From Piromyces finnis finn (Eukaryota > Fungi > Neocallimastigomycota), in NCBI GenBank assembly GCA_002104945.1, contig MCFH01000006.1, positions 496,001-560,000 on the forward strand: a stretch of DNA of 64,000 bases, written 5' to 3'. Below, one piece after another: positions 1 through 9,141 of the stretch. The first letter of the stretch is position 1; the number at the start of each line of letters is the position of its first letter. The position numbers and the translations under genes are program-made. The notes beneath the pieces are model-generated. The model searched no databases and was not told the origin of the DNA. It worked only from the letters and a program-made list of their open reading frames with translations.

Positions 1-24
1 AAATAAAATATTTGTTGATTTTGA

Positions 25-2343
25 ATTTTCATAAGTGATTTCACAATTCCAAGTGATCTTGAAATTGTAATTTCACTAGTATTCGTGACAACTCCTGCTA
101 ACTACTCTGCTGACTCCGAATCAACAATTAAAGATCCATACGATTTTAATTCTTATGTCCCAATGGTTAATGACAGTTCTACTAAGTTCGACCCTCCAGA
201 GTTCGATTCCGCCAACAGTACCAATTCAGAAATTTTTAATTATAACCCAATCACAAATATTTCACCTAACCCTTCAGATAATTTAAATGAATTTTCAGGT
301 ACTACATCAAAATTTTCTGGTGAAACATCAAAAATTTTATCCAATTCAAATAATGAAAATTTTAATTTAAATAATCAAAATTTTAATAACAAAATTTCAA
401 ATTCTGAAAATGATTATAATCTTGAAATTTCAAAAAACATTTCAAGAAATTTCTCGTCAAATAATGAGTTTAACACACCAAATGATAATTATAATGACAC
501 AGACACATCTAATGATATCAACGTTAATTATAATAATCAAATTTCTCCAACTCCAACAAATAATGATCTCGAAACTCATGATGAATTTCTTAATACAAAT
601 TATTTTCCTTCAAATAATTTTAATAATTCGACTCCTATCATAAAAAATAATAATTTTAATAATTTTTCAAATAATCCAACTAATTTTTACGACCAATTTT
701 CCACATTTAATACAGATACAAATCATAAAATTCCTAAAAGAACTACCAGTCCACCTATTAATCCAAATCTCAAAAGACTTAATTCTTATTCTTACCCTAA
801 AATTGATTCTATTTCTTCAATACATACATCAATTCCTATAACCTATCAAGATGCATTATCAAATGCTAATAGTGACAAATGGATTAATGCTATTAATGAT
901 GAACTTAACAATCTTTATAGAAATAAAACTATGACATTCGTTAAAAATCTTCCCAAAGGTAAAAATGTTGTTACCACCAAATGGATTTTCACTATTAAAA
1001 CAGATGAAAATAATAACATTACTAAATATAAAGCACGTATTGTAGCTAGAGGTTACACACAAAAATATGGCATTGATTTTGAATTTACATACTCTCCAAC
1101 TTTAAATTTTGATATTATTAAACTTCTTCTTGCTATTTCAGCCAAATTTAAATGGAACGTTTACCAATTGGACATCAAATCTGCCTACCTCCATGCAAAT
1201 CTAGATACTGAAATTTATACAACTATTCCCGAAGGTGATAAAAACTATGGTAAAGGATTTTGGAAACTGAATAAAGCTCTATACGGACTCAAACAAAGCG
1301 GAAGACAATGGAATGAATACATTTCTACTTTTCTTATTAATCATGGATTTTCTCAATGCACTTCAGACTATTGTATTTTCTTTAAAACTTTTGATAACCA
1401 AATTTCTTGCATTATTGGACTTTATGTCGATGATATGATTATTTGTGGAACAAATCTTGAACTTATAAGTATAATCTCACAAATTAAATCGAAATTTAAA
1501 ATTTCTAACTGTCAACCTATCCATTATTTATTAGGTATTAAAATTGAAAACAATAATTTTTCTTATTCTATTTCACAAAAACATGTTATTGAAAATATTT
1601 TAGACCAATATAATCTTAATAACTGCAGATCTCGAAAAACACCATGTACTGGTGATAATGATTCTGAAAACACTAAACGATTTGATACGACTATTTACAA
1701 AAGTTTAATTGGTTCTCTTATTTATATTGCTAGATGTACAAGACCAGATATTTCTTTTGCTGTTCACAAAGCTGCTCGAAAATCTGAACAACCTACTATT
1801 TCCGACTACAACAAAGTTATAAATATTATCAAGTATCTTAAAACTACTATAGACTACAAAATTACTTATGATGGTAATGGAAAAATTATTGCATTCACTG
1901 ATGCTGATTTTGGGGGAGATAAGACGGATGGAAAATCAACATCAGGATATATAATTCTTATGGAAAATAATCCAATATGTTGGTGCTCAAATAAACAACA
2001 AACTGTTGCTACTTCTACTGCTGAAGCCGAATATATCAGTACTACAGAATGCACTAAGAAAATTTTATACTTTAGAAATATCTTAGAAGAATTATTCAAA
2101 TTCAACGAACCTATAACTATTTATACTGACAACTTAGCAAGTAAAAGAGCAATTGAAAATGGTGAATTAAATTCCAAACTTAAACACATAAATATAAAAT
2201 TTCATTTCAATAGAGACAATATTAAAAATAACAAAATTAAATTAGAATATATCGACACAAACAATATGCTAGCAGACTTTTTAACAAAAAATATTAATGG
2301 ATCAAAAATGAAAAAGTTCACTGACACTATATTTAAAAAATAA
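25..2343 (+). mobile_element. Ty1/copia LTR retrotransposon, 3' part of pol (Asn-rich spacer, reverse transcriptase, RNase H); 5' part lies outside the window or is disrupted
   Basis: ORF 85-2343 (frame open from base 25) has copia RT motifs KWIFTIK..KYKARIVARGYTQ, QLDIKSAYL, LYGLKQSGRQW and YVDDM. These are followed by copia RNase H motifs FTDADFGGD, STAEAEY, YTDN, KHINIKFHF and ADFLTK. Confidence 0.95.
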
Positions 2344-2477
2344 CAAAATTTGCAAAAACTTATAATCAACTTTATTTTATTAATATCTTATATTTTATAT
2401 TTTACATTCTACTACTTAAATTTTTCAATTTCTTAATCTCTTCAAATTTTATTTTTATTTTTCATAAAAACAAATTT

Positions 2478-2485
2478 GAGGGGGG
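2478..2485 (+). other. Copia polypurine tract (GAGGGGGG), split by the gypsy insertion; the remainder GGGGGAA is at 8740-8746
   Basis: Purine run about 135 bp after the pol stop. Removing 2486-8744 restores TTTGAGGGGGGAA-TGTTAAACA, a typical copia PPT/3' LTR junction. Confidence 0.85.
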
Positions 2486-3088
2486 TGTAAAGTCGACACA
2501 GAAAGAATAGATTAGGATATCTATTCTATTACAATAACACTAAATTTAAAATAAAAATAAAAAATTGTTTTATTAAAAATATCTTTTATTATAATAGAAT
2601 TTTAATAATAACAATTACATCGATAAAATGATGAAAAATATCTTCTATTTATATTTTTCCTAAATACATTTATATTATATTATAACTATTTATTTCTTAT
2701 ATATTATTATTTAAAATCTACACTAAAATCTTAATTATTAATAAATATTTAAACTATAACTATTTTTAGTAAAATACAATTGGCAATTCAAATTAAGTAC
2801 TATTTAATTTGAATATGTGCCCATGTATTATTGATATATTAATCATTTATTATTTATCTATTTCTAAAAAAAACAATACTAAAACTAGGGATTTAAATTG
2901 AGAATATTAATTTACTTGTTAAACATTAAAAATAAATTAATAATTTATTTTGTTTTAAACTTTAATTATTAATAAATAAATTATGTCTCATTTTCTTTTT
3001 CTGAATATAATTTGTGTAACTTAAACAATAATACTTGTGGCTTAAGTTACATTAAAGATATCAAACAGAGGCGTTTGATATCTTTACA
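2486..3088 (-). repeat. Gypsy 3' LTR (603 bp)
   Basis: Plus strand reads TGTAAAGTCGAC...GATATCTTTACA and matches 8137-8739 with no difference seen by eye. Confidence 0.97.
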
Positions 3089-3100
3089 ATCTCTCTCTCT
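3089..3100 (-). other. Gypsy polypurine tract (AGAGAGAGAGAT on the minus strand)
   Basis: Purine tract abutting the 3' LTR in element orientation. Confidence 0.85.
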
Positions 3101-3124
3101 AAGTCGAGCTCCTGCGAGATTAAT

Positions 3125-6100
3125 TTATAAGGAATCTTTTCTCGAAGGAATTTCAATTACAAATGGTTGGTATCTGTGCTTGATTAGATTACCAACTTTA
3201 TTCTTTCTAATTTTCATGGAGGAGTCGTTCGACTTATATTTTGACTTTTTAGAGTTTCTTTCAAACTCTTGTATTAATTGTTTATCTGGAATCTGATCTT
3301 CAGAAATCCAAGTGGATTTGTCAAATCCTTTCCATGATAACTTATAAAATGTTTCACCATTAACAGATTTCATCTTTTCAATTTTCTCTGGAATTTTTTC
3401 AATTAAATCTGTGTTAAGGTGAATGTTCCTCTTCCTACGATTAGACCTGTCGTTAAACATGTTTTCAAAGTATGGTTCTAACAATGAAACATGAAAGACT
3501 GGATGACATCTCATTGTCTTTGGAAGTTTCAATTTGAAAGCGAGAGAACTAACTTTTTCAATTATCTCAAATGGACCAAGCATTTGAGGTGCTAATTTTC
3601 TCTTTAGGTTAGTTCCAGGAGAATCTTTCAATAACCATACCTTCTTTCCCACTTCGAACTCCGGGGGAATCATTCTCTTCATATCGGCATATTTCTTATA
3701 TGTTTCTTTTGCTTTTTCTAAGTTTTCTTTTAATAATTTAAAGTTTTCATTCATATCAATTACTCTTTGTTCAGCTCTACTAGGTCTATCATTAGCTGGA
3801 ATTTCTAAGCTGAACTTTGGATGAAAACCATAATTAGCAAGGAATGGGGATTGATTTATAGATTGTTGTAAAGTATTATTATATGCAAATTCAGCAAATG
3901 GGATAAGATCAACCCAGTTATTCTGCTTTTTATTTATAAAACAACGGAAATATTGTTCTAATATGCCGTTCACCCTCTCCGTTTGACCATCTGTCTGCGG
4001 ATGGTTGGCAGTTGATAATGAATGATTGATATTAAGAAGGTCACAAAGTCTTGACCAAAAGTCAGAAGTAAATTGCGAGCCTCTATCAGAAATGATGGAA
4101 TCAGGAAGACCATGCAAACGGAAGACATTAGCAATAAAAGCATCAGCAGCAATTGAAGCAGTAGGAAGACAACGTAAAGGAATGGCGTGAGCAAATTTAG
4201 TAAATCTATCGACAACAACCATGAGAGTTGTCATATCTCTGGACTTAGGAAGATCAACAATAAAATCAATAGAAATATCAGACCAGGGCCTACTGGGAGT
4301 GCCCAAGGGGGATAATAATCCATAAGGCTTATGTCTGGGGACTTTGGATTTGCAACAAGTCACGCAAGATTTGATAAAAGATTTAACGTCTGAATGAAAC
4401 CTTGGCCACCAAAAGTTTCTGGAAATCAGTTCAGTGGTTTTCTTAATACCGAAATGACCAGCAGCAACAGAATCATGATGAAGTTCCAAAACTCTTGTCC
4501 TAAGAGATTTAGGAACATAAATAAGATTATTATATAACAAAAATCCTTCATTATCAATAATAACTTTATCAATATTTTTAATAGGTGCATTACATGCAGA
4601 ACCATTCATTTTAAATTGGACAATAGAATTATACAAATCGTCATTTTTAAGTTCTAATAAAATAGAATCGATTAACGGTTTGTTATCGCTATGATGAAAC
4701 GAAATAGTAAGACAAGAAACATCAGAATTAATATTATTCTCTAAATGGTCACTTCTACGAGACAGGATATCAGGCTTACCGGATTTCTTTCCAGCTCTAT
4801 AAATGAGTTTAAAATCAAATCTGGATAAGAACAAATTCCATCTAATTTGTCTCTGAGATAACATTTCAGGTTTTCTAGGAAATGTTAAATTCTTGTGATC
4901 AGTATAAATTATGAACGGATGGCGTGCACCTTCTAAATAATGACGCCATTCTTCAAGAGCAACTACAATAGCAAAAAGTTCCTTGTCATATATAGGATAG
5001 TTTCTTTGACAACTCGTCAAACTTTTAGAAAGAAATGCAATAGGATGTAATTTGCCATCAAATTCTTGAGAGAGAATAGCACCGACAGCATAATTACTAG
5101 CATCAGTTTCTACAATAAATTGTTTATTACTATCCGCATGTTTCAGAATAGGAGCTGACGTGAACAGAGATTTTAATAAAATAAAAGCGTCCTGATCTTC
5201 TTTCACCCAGTTAAAAGCAACATTCTTTCTAGTGAGTTTGTGAAGAGGGTTTGCAATTTTAGCAAAGTCTTTAATAAAAATTCTGTAATAGTTGCATAAA
5301 CCAATAAAAGACTGAACCTCTTTAACATTCTTGGGAACCGGCCAATCGAGAATTGCTTTAACTTTATTTTCATCCATTTGCAATCCATCCTTTGAAATGA
5401 CATAACCAAGAAAAGTGGTTTTCTCAACATCAAACTCACATTTTTCTAATTTAACATAAAGATTATTTTCAAGTAGTTTCTTAAGTACCTTTTTAACATG
5501 CACATGATGTTCTTCGATATTATTAGAATAAATAAGAATATCATCAATATATGAGATAACAAAATCGTCTAAATAGTCACTAAGGACATCGTTAATGAAG
5601 TGTTGAAAAGTTGCAGGTGCATTCTTTAATCCAAAAGGCATAACCAGATATTCAAAATGTCCATATCTAGTACGAAAAGCCGTTTTGTATTCGTCACCTT
5701 CTTTAATACGAACAAGATTATAAGCGGATTTAAGGTCTAATTTAGTAAAAATCTTAGCATTTTTCACCCTATCCAAAAGGTCACTAATTAAAGGTAAAGG
5801 ATATGAATTACGAATGGTAATATCATTCAACTTTCTATAATCGATACAAAGTCTTAGGGAGCCATCCTTCTTTTTAACAAATAAAATTGGGGCACCAGCA
5901 GGAGACGATGATTTCCTAATAAAACCTTTATTTAAATTATCATCAATATATTTTTTAAGTTCCTCTCTTTCAACTTCAGTTAATGGATACAAAGGTCCAT
6001 AAAATAAAGTCGAATCATCTTTAAGTTTGATTTCACAATCATAAGGTCTATGAGGAGGTAACACTTCACAATTTTTTTCATTAAACACTTCACTAAATTC

Positions 6101-7714
6101 TAAATATTGGGTTGGTACGGCGACCAATTTATCTTTATTAATATCTTTTTCATTATCATTATTACTACATGATTCGTTATCATTATTACATATTTCATTA
6201 ATTTTTGTTACAATACATTTAACTTTTTTATTAAAACTAATATATTCATCATCGCTATCATCTTCATCATTGATAGTTCTAACAAGGCGGCCTTTAACAT
6301 ATTCTTTTTCTTCATTGTTTGGGACAGAGGGATCTACTTTCGGCTTTTTGGTCAAGCTTCGGTCGAGAACATCATGATCTAACTGATCATTCTTTGACTT
6401 CTTTCTTGGTTTTCTCTTTCTTTTGCCTTTATTACAATGTCTGGCACAATAACCAGAACTAAAAGCGATTTTCTTAGAGTCGTAGAAAGCATTTGGATTA
6501 TGCTTCTTTATCCACGGCAAACCAAGAATAACATTAACACCGGGGACTTGTAATCCATAAAGTTGAATTACTTCGAAGTGATTTTTGCAGCGGAGCATGC
6601 ACTTCTCAGTCCTTTCCCAAACACTAACAACTCCATCACTAACACCTGAAACACGGAATGGTTCCACTTTTTCCAAATTAATACCAAGTTCTTCAGCAAG
6701 ACTTGGATTAATGAAATTTAATTCAGAACCGGAATCAATTAAAACCTTAATTTTAACTTCCGAAACTTCATTGGTACTCAAGTAAAAGTCCACAAGGTTT
6801 AAATCACTTTTCACTCCCTTGACTCCAACTTTGTAAATTTTTGGATTAACAATTTTTGGAGTCCTTTCTTTAACAATTCTTAACACTTTTCTGGGCTTTA
6901 CTCTATTAGGACAATTAAATTTTAAATGTCCCGGTTGTTTACAAAGAAAACATAACCCTTTTTTCTTTTCTTCTTCAAAGTTATCTATGTTTTCATTGTA
7001 ATTTTTACTTGATCCTTGAATATTCACATACCTTTTTCGTTTATTCTCTCTACTAATTTTAAATACATCCACATCCATAGGATCATTAGCCCTTCTACCA
7101 TTAAAATAAAATTCACTTAAAGAATTCCTTTTCATCATATCTTCAACTAAAATAGTTGAAGAAATCAATTGTTCAATTGAAGTTGGGTTTGATTCAATGA
7201 AAGCCAACTTCTCCCTAAGTGGTGGTAATAAACCTTTCAGAAACATGTAGATTTTTGCGCTATCATTAAAGCTTGAATTTTGGCTAATACGTTGAAACTC
7301 GGTAATGTAATCTAATACCTGACCAAGTTTCCTTTGGCGAAGATTATCTAATTTTCCGTTAGCTACAACGGTATCGTATCTATAACTGCCAAAATTAGCC
7401 TTCAACCTATCTACAAATTCATCATAATGATTTAAAACCCCACTATTATTCTTCATCAACACTGAAGCCCATTCCAAAGGTTTACCAGAGAAGTATGATA
7501 TAACGAAGTCGACCTTGACTCGATCTGTATTATACAGTGTCGGTCGAGTACGAAATACCAACTCAACTCTGGTTAAAAATCCATCCAATTCTCTTTGTTT
7601 ACCAGAAAATATCGGTGGAGCATTAATAATGTTCCCCGAATTCCCAGAAACATCCACAGTCCTATCACCCATCTCTAAATTTAAACTTTCAAACTCACTA
7701 ATTAAGGCCTCCAA
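3125..7714 (-). CDS. Gypsy single-ORF gag-pol polyprotein (gag, CCHC knuckle, protease, RT, RNase H, integrase, chromodomain-like C-terminus); first ATG at 7672, frame open from a TTG at 7714
   Basis: CFLCKQPGHLKFNC; LIDSGSELNFI; LCIDYRKLN and YIDDILIYS; ETDASNYAVGAILSQ; HHDSVAAGHFG..CVTC, DFIVDLP, SDRGSQF, QTDGQTERVN; GPFEIIEKV..HPVFHVSLL; YKLSWKGF..TW. Confidence 0.97.
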   Translation of the reverse strand: MEALISEFESLNLEMGDRTVDVSGNSGNIINAPPIFSGKQRELDGFLTRVELVFRTRPTLYNTDRVKVDFVISYFSGKPLEWASVLMKNNSGVLNHYDEFVDRLKANFGSYRYDTVVANGKLDNLRQRKLGQVLDYITEFQRISQNSSFNDSAKIYMFLKGLLPPLREKLAFIESNPTSIEQLISSTILVEDMMKRNSLSEFYFNGRRANDPMDVDVFKISRENKRKRYVNIQGSSKNYNENIDNFEEEKKKGLCFLCKQPGHLKFNCPNRVKPRKVLRIVKERTPKIVNPKIYKVGVKGVKSDLNLVDFYLSTNEVSEVKIKVLIDSGSELNFINPSLAEELGINLEKVEPFRVSGVSDGVVSVWERTEKCMLRCKNHFEVIQLYGLQVPGVNVILGLPWIKKHNPNAFYDSKKIAFSSGYCARHCNKGKRKRKPRKKSKNDQLDHDVLDRSLTKKPKVDPSVPNNEEKEYVKGRLVRTINDEDDSDDEYISFNKKVKCIVTKINEICNNDNESCSNNDNEKDINKDKLVAVPTQYLEFSEVFNEKNCEVLPPHRPYDCEIKLKDDSTLFYGPLYPLTEVEREELKKYIDDNLNKGFIRKSSSPAGAPILFVKKKDGSLRLCIDYRKLNDITIRNSYPLPLISDLLDRVKNAKIFTKLDLKSAYNLVRIKEGDEYKTAFRTRYGHFEYLVMPFGLKNAPATFQHFINDVLSDYLDDFVISYIDDILIYSNNIEEHHVHVKKVLKKLLENNLYVKLEKCEFDVEKTTFLGYVISKDGLQMDENKVKAILDWPVPKNVKEVQSFIGLCNYYRIFIKDFAKIANPLHKLTRKNVAFNWVKEDQDAFILLKSLFTSAPILKHADSNKQFIVETDASNYAVGAILSQEFDGKLHPIAFLSKSLTSCQRNYPIYDKELFAIVVALEEWRHYLEGARHPFIIYTDHKNLTFPRKPEMLSQRQIRWNLFLSRFDFKLIYRAGKKSGKPDILSRRSDHLENNINSDVSCLTISFHHSDNKPLIDSILLELKNDDLYNSIVQFKMNGSACNAPIKNIDKVIIDNEGFLLYNNLIYVPKSLRTRVLELHHDSVAAGHFGIKKTTELISRNFWWPRFHSDVKSFIKSCVTCCKSKVPRHKPYGLLSPLGTPSRPWSDISIDFIVDLPKSRDMTTLMVVVDRFTKFAHAIPLRCLPTASIAADAFIANVFRLHGLPDSIISDRGSQFTSDFWSRLCDLLNINHSLSTANHPQTDGQTERVNGILEQYFRCFINKKQNNWVDLIPFAEFAYNNTLQQSINQSPFLANYGFHPKFSLEIPANDRPSRAEQRVIDMNENFKLLKENLEKAKETYKKYADMKRMIPPEFEVGKKVWLLKDSPGTNLKRKLAPQMLGPFEIIEKVSSLAFKLKLPKTMRCHPVFHVSLLEPYFENMFNDRSNRRKRNIHLNTDLIEKIPEKIEKMKSVNGETFYKLSWKGFDKSTWISEDQIPDKQLIQEFERNSKKSKYKSNDSSMKIRKNKVGNLIKHRYQPFVIEIPSRKDSL

Positions 7715-7774
7715 CGTAAACTATTAAATAAAATAAAAAATGTTTTCTTACTACTGTTTCAAGTAAGTAATCTT

Positions 7775-7818
<44 letters not shown>

Positions 7819-7963
7819 TAATACAATCTATTTAAATACAAAAGTTATTCAAACGCGTTCTGCAAAGCAGTGTCGAACAAGTTTTGTATCTATATATTGA
7901 TTCCTTCGGTAGAATTCCTTTAACAAGGGCAGCAACAGAGTTTAACCTATAATTGTTTCAGTA

Positions 7964-8086
7964 ATTCTTCTTCTATGGTAGCAACCAAGTTCTTCTATAA
8001 ATTCTTCTTCTGTGGTAGCAACCAAGTACTTCGGTAGATTCTTCTTCTATGGTAGCAACCAAGTTCTTCTATAAATTCTTCTTCTG
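7964..8086. repeat. 37-bp tandem repeat (3 full copies plus a partial) in the gypsy 5' leader
   Basis: Unit ATTCTTCTTCT(A/G)TGGTAGCAACCAAGT followed by 10 variable nt, starting at 7964, 8001 and 8038; partial copy at 8075. Confidence 0.9.
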
Positions 8087-8125
8087 ACAGTAGTAGATAT
8101 CCTAACGTACTCTTGAAGTAGTTAG

Positions 8126-8136
8126 GTAATTGTTAT
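8126..8136 (-). other. Putative self-priming primer-binding site (sense ATAACAATTAC)
   Basis: Directly adjacent to the 5' LTR, lacks the TGG start of a tRNA PBS, and is the exact 11-nt complement of LTR bases 8259-8269. Confidence 0.8.
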
Positions 8137-8739
8137 TGTAAAGTCGACACAGAAAGAATAGATTAGGATATCTATTCTATTACAATAACACTAAATTTAA
8201 AATAAAAATAAAAAATTGTTTTATTAAAAATATCTTTTATTATAATAGAATTTTAATAATAACAATTACATCGATAAAATGATGAAAAATATCTTCTATT
8301 TATATTTTTCCTAAATACATTTATATTATATTATAACTATTTATTTCTTATATATTATTATTTAAAATCTACACTAAAATCTTAATTATTAATAAATATT
8401 TAAACTATAACTATTTTTAGTAAAATACAATTGGCAATTCAAATTAAGTACTATTTAATTTGAATATGTGCCCATGTATTATTGATATATTAATCATTTA
8501 TTATTTATCTATTTCTAAAAAAAACAATACTAAAACTAGGGATTTAAATTGAGAATATTAATTTACTTGTTAAACATTAAAAATAAATTAATAATTTATT
8601 TTGTTTTAAACTTTAATTATTAATAAATAAATTATGTCTCATTTTCTTTTTCTGAATATAATTTGTGTAACTTAAACAATAATACTTGTGGCTTAAGTTA
8701 CATTAAAGATATCAAACAGAGGCGTTTGATATCTTTACA
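8137..8739 (-). repeat. Gypsy 5' LTR (603 bp)
   Basis: Direct repeat of 2486-3088 with TG...CA ends. Confidence 0.97.
8296..8304 (-). promoter_or_regulatory. Candidate TATA box (TATAAATAG) of the gypsy 5' LTR
   Basis: Lies 27-35 nt upstream of the start site (8269) predicted independently from PBS complementarity. TATA-like words are common in this DNA, so spacing is the main support. Confidence 0.55.
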
Positions 8740-8746
8740 GGGGGAA

Positions 8747-8992
8747 TGTTAAACATTAATAATTTAACTTAAATCTAGAAATATGTAGAATAGAATAGAA
8801 TTATGTATTACTAATATATTTAGTCATAGAATATTCTCATGATAAATAATACGCCACAATCCTTAGTATAAATAGAGAATAAATTTATGAACTATTTATG
8901 TACTTTGTAATTACCTTTTTATTAATAATATTAATAAATAAAGTTTATATTAAAAACAATATTATAAATTTTCTCAAAAACAATAAATAACA
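8747..8992 (+). repeat. Probable copia 3' LTR; right end uncertain (AACA ends at 8958, 8982 or 8992)
   Basis: Begins TGTTAAACA directly after the PPT remnant GGGGGAA and contains TATAAATAG and AATAAA. The partner LTR is outside the window. Confidence 0.6.
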
Positions 8993-9108
8993 AATATAAA
9001 CTGAAAAATAAAGAATATTCTAGTTGCATAATAGTTTAATGAACTCTACTAATTATACTTGTGAGTAATTTATTCCTATTTAATAAATTAAAGATATTCA
9101 CTATAGAG

Positions 9109-9141
<33 letters not shown>

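Larger units (their letters stand above)
2486..8739 (-). mobile_element. Full-length Ty3/gypsy chromovirus-type LTR retrotransposon (6254 bp) with 5-bp TSD GGGGG
   Basis: Two 603-bp direct repeats with TG...CA ends (2486-3088 and 8137-8739, constant offset 5651). GGGGG flanks both sides (2481-2485, 8740-8744). PPT at 3089-3100; gag-pol ORF between the LTRs. Confidence 0.98.

Noticed and set aside
190-215. GTTCGATTCC resembling a tRNA T-loop
   Set aside because: It lies inside the copia ORF with no cloverleaf around it.
3012-7727. Short ORFs overlapping gag-pol (3012-3296, 3970-4218, 5203-5439, 6585-6785, 7515-7727) and those overlapping the copia ORF
   Set aside because: Antisense or off-frame shadows of long ORFs with no motifs. 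No env-like or accessory ORF is supported.
7964-8086. Possible CRISPR-like array
   Set aside because: Contiguous tandem units without unique spacers, inside a eukaryotic retrotransposon leader, with no cas genes.
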